From contig OZ241826.1 of assembly GCA_965202585.1 (NCBI GenBank), forward strand, positions 82,274,001 through 82,338,000: DNA of 64,000 nt, given 5' to 3'. Both the position numbers and the translations under genes were made by a program. A model generated the notes under the pieces. It worked only from the letters and a program-made list of their open reading frames with translations. It was not told the origin of the DNA and made no database searches. Positions 50,201 through 62,600 of the stretch are shown here, piece by piece. This DNA is from Thalia democratica (Eukaryota). Position 1 is the first letter of the stretch. Every line of letters starts with the position of its first letter.

Positions 50201-53200
50201 TGACACTTTAGTATAGAGTAATATTTTAGCACGGTGTCTATATTGCAGAAAGTGGCACTAAAACACGGAGTGTAACCTTGCATGCATCTTCATTTAGTAT
50301 GATCAATAAATTTAAATTAAAAGTTAAACAATAATTATTATTATACAGAACAAGATGTTTAAAATTGACCTTAATAAGTTCAGCACCTTGTTGATAACGC
50401 ACTTTAAGCATTTTAACAGTGAGTTAGTGGGAAGAATACTCATCGAAGTTATTTTGATTTAAAATTATCATCATATAAAAAGTAATTCGGAGAAGCTTTT
50501 ACAAGTTAATTACCGTTTATACTTAGAGAAATCACTTGCAGGTAGCGATAAGTTAGAAAAAGTACTTTGTAGGCTCTAATTTTAAAGAAAAACTATACTT
50601 AATGATAAAAATAAGTAATAAAAAGCAAGAAGTTAGTAAATTAAACGAAAATTGAACTATGAAATACTTATTTTGTGTTCTTAAATTTTATATTTTCTTA
50701 AATCATTGAAAAAATTACTTACAACTTATTTACAAATTTAGCTAGGCTGAAAAGGTTAGTTTTAATATTTTGTTTATGTAAAACACTAATGCATACTTTT
50801 TTGAAAAACAAACATAAACAAAGCTGCAATTGATCTATACTAGAGCTGTTTGAAAATCCGCTCAATGTGCTAAAGTCTCGCTTTGTGCTGAAGTGATGCC
50901 TTGTTCTTAATAAAAAACTTGAATATATTTCACTTATAAAAGTTAGTTTGAATGCTATAGTACTTAAAGTAAATAATACACACAAAACCTTGTAAACAGG
51001 AATTGTTGTTATGTTAAAAAACATTTCAAGCTATTTTGTTTCATTTGAATTGTTGCCTTCAGAACCTTATAAATTTTATTGATTCAATTTAAGTAAAAAA
51101 AAATATCTTAGTGCCATTTTTTGATACTAACGGTAACAAATAGGTGGTGAAGAAATTCAAGCTGTAACTTACAATTGGTTTTTGGAATCATCGGTTGAGC
51201 GAATTCAGTGGTGGACGAATTCAGAGTGGCACCCTAGTTTCGGAGACAGACCTATATGTAACAATACTGTTGATATGGATCAAACGCATTGTTCTGACCA
51301 ATCTTTTTAACAACTGTAAGTTGACGATTTTTTCGTACTAGTAAAGTTGTTAAGCTAAGTTTAAATAAACTTAGCATGTAAATAAAGAAAGAAACAATAA
51401 ACAATTATTTTTTAGTAATTTAGTACATGCAAACACTAACAAAACGACTTTTTTGTTATTCTTTTAACTATGGTTATTGGCGGCAGAGAGTTTATTGTTT
51501 TACATTTGGGAATTTATTATCATAGAAAAATTGATAGATTAATACTTGAGAATTTATTTTTAGCATTATTTTCAAGCGTTGTTATATGTACTATTGCAAT
51601 TTTTAGCTGTGCTATGTCAGTTATTGTGTAATTTTGCTCTTGTAGTTAATTTAAGTTTTTAATAAGTATTTTTTTTTGTTTCAAACCAAGTACGTTAACT
51701 GAACTATTGACTGAACTGTTAACAGAACTATTAACTGAACTATAAATAGAAAAATTTAATTGAAAACGTTATTTATAAAAATTCGCGGCAATGAATAATA
51801 ATTATGGATTCGATTTCTCTTTTATGCGTTTAGTAAAAAAAAAACGAGAGCTAAAAGTATACGTTTTTAAAAAGCTAAGATCGTTTAATATTATTTTTAT
51901 TATGTTTTCATTCCTTTCAAAGTTGTAAAAAAACCAAGAATCGTGAAAAAACCTGGAGTTTGACAATTAAGTTAAAATAACCTTGAGTTGAGAAGTTTTG
52001 AAAAAAAATACTCAAAAGTAGCTGGAGCTTTTAACTATTTTTAGAAATAAAGTTATGAAATTTTAACTAGATACTAGAAATATATCATAAAGATAAAGCG
52101 TTTTTTGTTACAACCAACTATAATATTTAAAATAGATTTACAGTATTTATTTAACGTTTTTATAGTATTAAATACAGTTTTTTAACTTAAGTTAAATTTA
52201 TACTAAATATGGGTGAAAAACTTAATTTTGTTTTTAAATCTATGACAACTCTCTTAGTTAAATAAGACTTATTAAAACTTGTTTAGTATTCATCACACGG
52301 TTAAAACTGTTTTAACATTTATTTATTGTATCTACACTTAGTGTAGTTAATAGAAGTAGTAAAGTGTGTTTTATTGATAGTGTTAAAACTGTATAAAAAG
52401 GAGCTTCGACTTCATTTTTTCAACAACTGCTGTTCGTTTACATATACGTTCTGTTTCTATTAATTAAAATGAAAATTTCTTATTTAAAATGTTAACTTTA
52501 AAAACGAAAACATTTAACTTAGCAAAAAAAAAAAGGCAACAAAATATCTATCCAACGATCTGTTCATTTGTGTCCCTGAAAAGTAAAAATTGATTTGCTG
52601 TTAATAAACCTATTTAAATGTACTGTTAGATAACTTTTAAACTCGCATTTGTACTAATTAAATTAGATTTTTTTTTATATACAAATAACTGTTACAAGAT
52701 TTTTCTTAAGAACTTGTTCTGCAATTTTTGCAACTTTTGTTTGGCCCGCGAAGACGTTTTTTATTAAGTCCGGCCCGCGAACGAATTTTTATCACAATCC
52801 AGGTCTGCAAGCCTTATAAGGTGTGTGTTTAAAAAAAAGTATTTAAGGTTTCATTAAATAATTAATTTGTCAAGTAGATGCACCGTTATGAGTTGAACAT
52901 TCTACTATAGTTAAAACAACAATGCATGCGGTTGAAAAATAGTTTTACCGTTAGTATAAGCATGAATGTAGGCTGATTTTATAAATTTTACAGTATCATA
53001 GTCATAAAAACCTATTTTCATTGAAATGCTGTCAAATTTTGCAAACTGGTTTTAAATAAATATTTATTTTGAAGTTATAACCTACTTTAATGAGAAAAAT
53101 TAACTCATTAATTGCAGTAGAGTTTAAAATTATTAACTTTACTTTTTCTTATTTTTACTGATTGTGTTATCTACTAATTATACAAACAGAGTTGAACTAT

Positions 53201-55220
53201 TTTATTGCTCAAAAACATTATTTAATAATAACTTTGTCAATGAGAAAATTACATCTGTTTCGCTAATTTTAATTTGTAAATAATTACGTATCTGCCTAGA
53301 GTTAACATAATTATAAAATCTTTTATATTTAAAAACACTAAAAGTATTTACTTTTATTGATCAAAACCTTTGGGAGTGCAAAATTAGTTATAAACCCAAC
53401 TGAGAGTCTTGTACTTAGCTGAAACGTTAGTTAATAAAATTTATGGTTACATATAAAACTTTTATCACGTGTTCGTTTGCACTTTTCTTTGATATTTAAC
53501 ACTATTCACTTGTGCTCCATCGTTAGTTGTTTCTTAAGAAATAAGATATACTTACTATGTACGGTTTATGTTTGTTTTTTATTCACAATTTTATGGAGTA
53601 TTTACCAACTTTCCTTGCTAAAATTTTGCAGAGTATAAACTATAAATGTATTGGTTTTCGTTTTTTTTTCTAAAGACTACCTTGTGATCGTGTTATTCTT
53701 AGTAAGACATAAAGTAAAAATAAAATGATTTTAAAAGACCTGAGATGAAAAAAGAAGTATGTTGCATATGCTGAACATAAAGTTCGGTTTTTAATTACTT
53801 TTAAGAAACAAGTTCAATACTTGAAGTATTTTCATTTTCTTTGCTTCAACCTTAACAAGTTATTACTTTTGTCTGAACTTGCTATGCAGCTTACGAATAA
53901 AAGTTTTTTTTATAGGTACAATGTTACACAGAAAATATAAAAATATTTTTATGTTACTTAAAAACTTTACTGTGTTGTACAACTGCTTTCGCATTTATTA
54001 GTTTTAACTCTGATGTAGTATAAATAGTTACAAATTAAACAGAATTACTTTTTTTTTAAAGTAAAGAAAATTTTTCAACTAATCTGAATCATATTAGAAT
54101 CTGCCGACCCTTAGTATAAACGTTAGTTAGTATAAAAAGTAAGATTAATTTTGAGATATTTACAAATTATATATAATATTATAGAACTGTTTAAACTCTG
54201 TTTTCAGACAGAATCTATGTAAATAGTTATGTATAATTAAAATAAGTTAAAAATGACTGAATCCCTACATAGTATTGAATGTTGAGAAGTAGTTGAACAA
54301 AGGTAAACATTTTTTTAGCATTCTTAAATTATTTTAAATGAACAATCATAAAAGTTTATCATACATTGTATTTTGTATTTTACCAAAAAGATCCAAATCG
54401 AATTTAAATGAAGTTTTTTATTAATAACTTATTTATCTTCTTTTTTTAATGTTTAAAATTTAGTATTAAGTCATATTATGTATTTAAAACGCTTATTTTA
54501 AAATGACCATTTTAAAATAAACATATGTAAATGAAAAGACAAAAGTCTGCTACTAAATTGTTGATCTTCTTTAAACATGATACGCAATTAAAATATTTCA
54601 ATATTTAAAAAAAAAATTACGTTAAGTATTGTCAGTTAAAAAAAAATTAAACTAATTTATCAACTAAAACATATATGATAAGAACAAGTGTTGAATTTTG
54701 TTAAACTTTTTTAACAACTTTCGATTTATTTCCCTTGTCAAAAATATCATCGTTTTAGTTTTAACTGTATCTTATACGATTAAAAACTATTATAATTACA
54801 ACAATTATCAATTAGATAAATTATTTATAAAATTAAAAACTAAATAAACGATTATGTTTTTTTAAAACCCCAGATAACCTTAATAAAAGTTTTTTTTGAG
54901 CATTAATAAATCAAGGTAATTCTATACTTAGAAAAAAAGCTTTGAATTCTCAAACTTATCACTTTAAAATATAAAAGTATAATACTTGGTGAATTGAAAG
55001 CGACTATTAACCAGTTTTTGGTTAGGGGATTTTTTATTGGTTTAGTAGAAAAAAACTGGTAACAAAAAAGGTACTCAAATAGTAAGTGGAATAAAAGAAA
55101 TACAACCGAAAACATTAACTTGGCTACCTCAAGAGAGTTACGAAGTATTCGACAAGGGTCAAAATAAATTTTTGGGAAAAAATAGACCCTTGTCGAACTA
55201 TTCGACAAGGGTCAAAAAAA

Positions 55221-55334
55221 AATAATGAAAAAAAAAATTGGAAAAAAAAAGGGCCGAAAGGACGAAAAATTGCGCCGCGGCGCAATTTTTCGTCCTTTCG
55301 GCCCTTTTTTTTTCCAATTTTTTTTTTCATTATT
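55221..55334. repeat. Perfect 114-bp palindrome (57-bp arms, no spacer)
   Basis: Base-by-base complementarity about the centre 55277/55278 (TTGCGCCG|CGGCGCAA), including matched homopolymer lengths. Confidence 0.95.
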
Positions 55335-55633
55335 CTCCAATTCTCAATCTCTTTCCCCAATTTTTTTTTCAATCAATTTCTTTTTTTTTTTTCAAAAAAA
55401 TCTTCCCCCGCTTTTTCGCAACTTTTTTTTTGAAGCTTCTACTCCCCTCACAAACGCCTTTAAATGACTCCAACTCTGACCTTCAAAGCGGTTTGCAACA
55501 TGCACCCGCTTCTTCACCTGCTTATACGAGTGCTTCACCTCCCGACCGCGCACATTCTAGAGTCGCCCCGTTTTTTTTCTTCACCTCTAAAATCGCACGT
55601 TAGTTCATGTTTGCACCGTTCGCAGCTTTTCAT

Positions 55634-55924
55634 GTCAGAGCTTTTACCTTGCCAAGTGCAGCTGTTTCTATTCACCTACTACGGCCGTCTTTACCTTCTG
55701 CACTTGCCACTTGACCTGCTAAGGTCTCTTGTTCGTTCTAGACTGCCTGCTTCAGCCTCTTACCCGTACACTGCTTTTCAAGTCAGAGCTTTTACCTTGC
55801 CAAGTGCAGTTGTTTCTATCAACCTACTACGGCCGTCTTTACCTTCTGCACTTGCCACTTGACCTGCTAAGGTCTCTTGTTCTTTCTAGACTGCCTGCTT
55901 CAGTCTCTTACCCGTTCACTGCTT
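55634..55924 (+). repeat. 148-bp tandem duplication, about 2 copies
   Basis: gtcagagcttttaccttgcc at 55634 and 55782. Confidence 0.9.
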
Positions 55925-56468
55925 ACCGCTGTCTCAAGAGTACTTAAATTGCCAGTTCTGCTTTCACGCGTTATGTTTTCCCTGCAACAGCCACTCTCGT
56001 CAGCTGCTGCAGCCTTTTGCTATCATATACTCGTCGCGACGACTTCACAAACTTCAAGCATAAAAGCCTATACACTTTATAACAGTAGCCTTTCAACCCG
56101 CCTTAGCCTCAACACGATACAACGTCCTTTCTAATAATGTAAAGTAAAGCATACGCGTATGATGCTAAGCTGCAGTTGTTCAACTGGCTACCTCAAGAGA
56201 GTCAGTTGAACTGGCTACCTCAAGAGAGTCAATTTTTTTTCAAAACGTTACAGAAATAGCCTATCTACTATAGCAATTGAATTGTACTGTGAAATGTTAA
56301 TACTATTTTCTAGCCTATGAATGACTGATGTGTATCACTTAACAAATATTTATTTTTATTATGTTAAAGTTTGTTTCTACACATTTTATTAACAATCATC
56401 ACTGTTTGTTTTAAATCCTGTTGTAAAAGTTGAAGTTGTAAATTTTCAACAGACACATTAACAATCAC

Positions 56469-56607
56469 TACGAGATCAACTTTATGGAGGAGCTTACTTT
56501 GAAGGGAGTCAGCCATTTCTACGCTTACGTTGAGGAGAAAATGAAAGTGCATTGCCTCAACACACTGTTTGCTAAATTGCAGATCAACCAAGCCATCATC
56601 TTCTGTA
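56469..56607 (+). pseudogene. DDX6: Isolated 46-codon fragment of DEAD-box helicase DDX6/Me31B/Dhh1
   Basis: [46 protein letters not shown] matches the DDX6 inter-domain signature [42 protein letters not shown]; homology stops on both sides. Confidence 0.92.
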
Positions 56608-56608
56608 T

Positions 56609-59600
56609 CCTAGCCAGTAGTGTTGTTAAAATTTTTTGTTGTTCCTTTTTTAAAACTCTAAAATCCCTTTATGAAACTATATATCAACATAAATCGAACA
56701 GATTTTTGAAGAAAACGAATTCGTCTACATTTACAAATCTTGGTTTAATTTTTTTGCTGCATGCCAAAAGTACTTCGATAATCCAAACACAGAAAATTTC
56801 TCTTCTCTCTCCAAAAGAGCTTATAGAATTGCAACAATGTACAACATTTTAAGAATAATGTTTGAAGGTTGCCGTTCAATCGACTCGCGGGGTGTTGTGG
56901 CAAAACTTGAATCAATTTTTCAAATAAAACTTGAAACAGATTTCACCAGAAAACTTCGTAAAATAGTTTGTTTCATTCAACACGTTTAATATTGGCTACT
57001 ATTAGCTTATTTTGCTTCGTATAACAATAATATTGTGATTACTAACTAATGTCACACAGACTTTTACTGTTTGGTTAGTATTTACAATCATTTTAAAATA
57101 AAGTGAACTTTGTGAAGTTTTTCTGTACTTAACAATTAAAACCCATAAATATTAATTTATTTTTAGACTTTAAAAATATTTTTTAGATAACTTTACAACT
57201 AAGCAGTATAGCAAAATTAGTTTAAGATTTTTTTGTTTAGAGTTCATCAGTTCGTTTCTAGAACCCATAGAAAATGTGCGATACTATGTTTTGTTTTTAA
57301 GTGCATAGGAGAGGTAAACACTTTTTTGAAAATTTGATCTTATTTTATATAGTTTTTAATTACAGATTTAAAAAATTCAAAGTATTTTTGAGATATAGCC
57401 AGTCAAAGTTGAGGCAACAATAGATTTCTATGGGAGGCGCAAACTAAAACGGTAAATAACTAGAAATCACTAAAAATATATCTTCTCCTACGTTTTTTGA
57501 ATTAACTATCTCAAATTTTTAATTCTAAAATTTTGTCGGAAATAAAAAGATTAAAAATTTATAACAAAAAAACATGAAATTTTGTTTTGTTTATTTTTTA
57601 TAAAATAATTTATTTTTTAATTTATTTAAATTTTGTTCCTATATAATTTTCTAAATACATCAAGGAACACTTCCTGAAGTTTTGAGGTAGTTATCTCAAA
57701 AAACGTAGGAGAAGAAAGTTTTTACTGATTTTTAGTTATTTGCCGTTATAGTTTGCTCCTCCCATAAGAAACCTGTTGTTGCCTCCGACTTTGACCAGCT
57801 ATATCTCAAATATATAATATTTTGAATTTTTAAAGCTGTAAAAACCATCTACTATCTTAGTAGTAACTAAATAAAATAAGATCAAATTGTGAAAAAAGTG
57901 TTTACTCCCCTATGCGCTAAATAAACTTTATGTTCTTTGGATTTTGGTTATTTTTGTTTCTTTTTCAGTTTTGGTGAATAATTAGTATATTGTTGTTTTT
58001 TCAAAAAATATTTTGTTTTAAGAAAATGTAGCTTCGCTGAGTATCTATAACTTTTGTCAAACACTTTAAAATAAAAAGATCTGAATTTTGTCTTTAATTG
58101 AAAATTTGAATTTGTTCAATATTTTAGAAACATGGTAATGTCTTTTTCAATTGCCTCCTGTTTTGGAAAGGGATGAAAAAGGGATATATTAACTGCATGT
58201 TTACATTGTATCACCAAAACGTGAAATATACTCAAAATGAGCTTTTAAATATCGCCATGTTCAGATATGGGGAACTCAGTGAGAAAGCGCTGAACACCAT
58301 TGCTCAGATAAGAGTAAGTTTATCTTAGTTTTATGGTTATCTCGCATTTTTTAATCAAAGTTATAAATTTTAATTACTAGTATTTTGTATAATAAAAGTT
58401 ACTATCTATTTTTTTATTGATTGAATTCAACAAAAGTTTGTATAAGTATAAATCGAAACGTTTAAATTTGTATTTGAGAGTAAGTTACATAAAACTACTA
58501 AATTTCAGAACTAGTGGTACTGCTACTAATATTACTTTTAAGTCTTTTATAGTGCAGATTTTTTTTAAATTTTGGAGGTAGAGACTCAATTTAAGATAAA
58601 GTTTATAATCTTAGTGAAATAAAATAGTTATCTATAACTTCCTTGTTTACAAATCATTGGTCTTTCATTTTCAGTAAAATGACTACATTATTTTAATATA
58701 CTCAATACATTTAACTTGCCGCTTTTTATAGTGCTAATTCAAACATAGTTATAGTACATATTTGTCAACTAATTAATTATTTAGGCCAAAATGATCTGTA
58801 ATTATGAACCAGTGGTTAGCAATTTGCGAGATTTCCACAAAAATACTTTCCCCTTTAAAGAGCTATTAAAAGATCCTGAAAAATTTGCTGACAATTGGTA
58901 TAAAAACTTTATGGAGAGCAAGAAACTACCGCGAATTGAAGATATAAAGGAAAAAGCTCCTAATGACCGGTGTTTGTTGGAAAAGATGACGGTAGTATTT
59001 AACTTTGACATTAAATAATTTTTAAGATGAACGTTTAAACTAAAATCATAATGCTTAAAAAGCTTAAAACAAGTCTTTTAATTGTTTGTAACTAATTAAC
59101 AGTTTTATTAGCTATTTATATACAGAGTTATCTTTAGAACAAATGCAACATTGTAACTTCCACTAAAATTCTAAACAACTGTCTAAACTAGACAAAACCA
59201 AAGTTATTGATTACAGAATGTGAAAAAAAACTAATTGTTTAATACCCATAGGGGAAAGTGGGTCAAGCCATTTTTATACATATAAAGTTACTAAATAATT
59301 TGGAATTCTTAAATTCCCTGATTTTTGAACATAAATCACTACAAGTCCTAGAATTTTAACAATTTTTACGTGTTAAGTACTAAAGTTTCAATTGGACACA
59401 AAAAAACTATCCTGTTGATCAGGATTTCCAAAACTTTTTTCAAATGGCCCCCTTTAAAGATATTAAAAAAGCTATGGCCTCCTACAACAAATTTACTCAA
59501 AAACTACCCTTAAAAACACCGAAGACCTTTTTTCTTTGCCTTTCATTTAAAATTATAGAATATCTAGTGTTAGTTTCAAAACTACCCTTAAAAACACTTT

Positions 59601-62600
59601 AGGCCTTATTTTTTTGCTCTTCATCAGCAACTCCAGAATATCTAGTGTAAGTTTTAAAACTACCATTAAAATACCTGAGACCTTTTTTTTTTGCTCTTCA
59701 TCTGCAACTAAATAATATATAGTGTAAGTTTCAAATTATTACCCAACTGTGGCTCCTTTACTGCTCATGGCCCCCCTTCTTCCCCTTTGCTGCTCGCGGC
59801 TCCTTGAGTATCAGTCATGGCCTATTTTGGGAAACCCTGGTGTAGACGCTCTCGGCCTCTAGCCTTACAAAGTTAGTTTTAAGCACGCTAAGCGTGCCCA
59901 ACCGTCCGAGAAGACGTCAGGTACTAGTAGGCATACTCGCATAAGTCATCCTGAGCTTGAGTAACCAACACAATGTGTTATCAGACAATACTGTGAGAGC
60001 AGAGGATGATATAACATAAAAAAATGTAAACGCACGTTTCTAATATAAACACTGATATTTAGTAAAATGAGCTACAGTTCAATTATCCACAAATGCTAGA
60101 AACTGATTTCTGTTGCTCACGACACAGAATTAGTCTTTTAAAAGGTCTTTTATATTGAAACTACGGCCAAAATACCACATGTGATGAAACTGTGGCCTAA
60201 ACTTGACGAGGTTTCATAAAAAACCTCAATTGTGAACAAATGCATTTTTGCTTCACATGACGCATCACAAACGCCGTCTTGAACATAAATAAACCCAAAC
60301 AAATGTCAATACTAAGGTTAAGTTTTGCTTATTAAAAGCCAACAAAGCTTACCATTACAAGCAAAAACGATCGATAGTTAAGCATTCTAATAAATGTTTG
60401 CTTTAAAAATTAAGAAAAAAAAAAGTAAATCTACACAGGGTAAGGGCAGTTACGATGAGCGGGAGTCAGATTTTCTCAACAAGCTCGCAGAAGACAGAAT
60501 CCAGCGTCTTGACCAAAACACAAAAGGTCCATTAAAATTTGAAACAATTGAAAAGGCTCTTGAAAAGCACAATTACATAGCTGATGATGATGTTGATCCC
60601 CTCAACAATTTGTACAAACGACAAAAAATTGTTGAATTTCAACGACAGATTCATAATGGGATTGAATCACCAATCTGGCCTGCAATCAATGTGAGTGTTG
60701 TTACATATTAATATTTTTATTTACTTAGCTTACTAGAATTACGACCATAGGGGGTTAAAACACTTTTTTTTACAAAAAATATCTTCGGCTTTTATATGAA
60801 AGCTTCAAGTACAAACTACAAGCCAGTTTTTACAGAATTCAAATATATCATTTAACTTTTGAGATTTTTTGTTTTTTTGTAAAAAGTTTCTGATACAAAC
60901 GTATGGACCGCAAATTTTTCGGGGTCAATTTTCTTGAAAACTTAAAAAATCACTAAAAATCTATCTCCTACATTTTTCAAGCAATCTTCTTCAAATTTTC
61001 AGGAAATGATCCTTATATTAAGGAAAAAATCGTAATAAAAATAAATTTAAATAGTTAAAAAAAATAAAAATTTTATCACAAAAAAAAAAAAAGTTTTAAC
61101 ATAAAATTATTTAAAGTCCAAAGTAACGTTTTTTTGTTATTGTATAAAAATTAGACTGTGAAAGTTTGAATGAGATTGCTTAAAATGTAGGAAGAGATAG
61201 ATTTTAAATTAAATAGTCTGTATTTGCTGTTTTAGTTTTCCCATCCCATAGGGAACCTATTATGCGGCCCAACTTTGACTGGTCATATCTCAAAAATAAT
61301 TTGAAATTTTAAACGATAAAAAGCATCTTGAAGCTTATAAAAAACTCTATAAAATAAGATCAACTTGTAAAAAACATAGCTCTCACCATATGGCCTTAAC
61401 TAACTTTTATTTTTAATGATTTTTTTATACTAAATAGCTAATTGTTTTTTAAATAAGTTTAGGATTCGTATAAAAAACCTTAATACTGTTTTAAACTTGA
61501 TAAAAACAAACTTTAATGCCGAATTTTAGAAAATAAGGAAACAAATTGTGACTCTTAAGATCACGGTTTTTCAGACTTTTTCTTAACCGCCCACTTGACA
61601 TAAAATTACAAAATAATAGCATGCCTTTAATATCTATCGCCTTTTACTAGCTGATTACCCATTTATCTTTTTCCCGCATTACTAGTTTTTCCCCCTTATA
61701 GCCAAAATCACCCCAAAGTTTTAGAACCCGTTTTCGCCCACTTTAAGAAACCCTACTTAAAAAGATAGGATACGCTCAGTTTCAACCCGCGCAGATAATT
61801 AGAAGGAAAATAATTAAACAAATAAGAATAATTAGAACGAAAAAATACCAACTAAGGGTAAGGGTTAGGGTTAACAGTAATAGTAAAAAAAAAATTAAAA
61901 AAAAGTTTCAAATGGGATTTGATAGGGTTCGAATTGATTCGGGTGGGAAATAATTCGGGTGGGAATTGTGAGTATACCTAAAAAGATATAACATTTGAAA
62001 TCATATTATTATGATATAAATTTACAATAAATATCATAGTTTAATATCTTTCTTTAATTTTTGTTTTATAAAGCTTAATATCTTTTTAAGCTTGTAGCCT
62101 AATTTTTGTTAATTTATGATAATAGTTACAACAATCCGTTTTGTCTGATTATATTTAAAGTTATATAAGCTAGTATTTTTCTTACGCTTATAATTTTTTG
62201 CTAAAATTGACTAAATTTTTAAAAACAAATATAATAGTAAAAATAACTTACAGTTCAAAGATAAAACTACTTAGATATCTGTATCTACTCCCTAGAATTC
62301 ATCATAAAAAACAAAACATTTTCTAAACAATTATATTTAACTTAAATTATAACTAAGATTAAAAATCTCAATAACTAGTTTTAAGTTAAAATCAAAATAG
62401 TTATCATAAATACAAAACTAATGATTATTTACTACTTCTTTTTTCACTAAAAGCTTCGCATAAGGTGGCCAGACCAGCTTGTCTGAAACTCTTTAAAACC
62501 ATGGAATTAAAAGTTTAGGTTAAAAATGTAAAAAAAAACCTGAAATATGTTATTTTTTAATCCTAGGAAATTCTGTAATGTTAAAGTTTAAAAAAAAACT

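Larger units (their letters stand above)
36040..51862 (+). repeat. Shuffled tandem array of multi-kb blocks, including an approximately 6.2-6.4-kb direct repeat (39830-45500 vs 46040-51862)
   Basis: Exon S at 36114, 37792, 39894, 46106; exon L at 38619, 41756, 48154; block B at about 36725, 40480, 45505, 47470; block E at 42720 and 49110. Confidence 0.95.
55117..56231. mobile_element. Unclassified about 1.1-kb element bracketed by 28S-rRNA-target-like direct repeats
   Basis: TGGCTACCTCAAGAGAGT at 55121, 56185 and 56212; GC-richer body with hairpins and a 148-bp tandem duplication. Confidence 0.55.

Noticed and set aside
55117-55140. Annotating the 28S-like motif as an rRNA gene
   Set aside because: Only about 20 nt match, with no flanking rRNA sequence
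54903-56134. Cluster of overlapping ORFs on both strands
   Set aside because: Produced by the palindrome, homopolymer tracts and the stop-poor 148-bp repeat; no protein-like signal
56484-56852. 122-aa ORF as a real DDX6 gene
   Set aside because: Chimeric: DDX6 homology ends at 56607 and the remainder reads the duplicated exon out of frame
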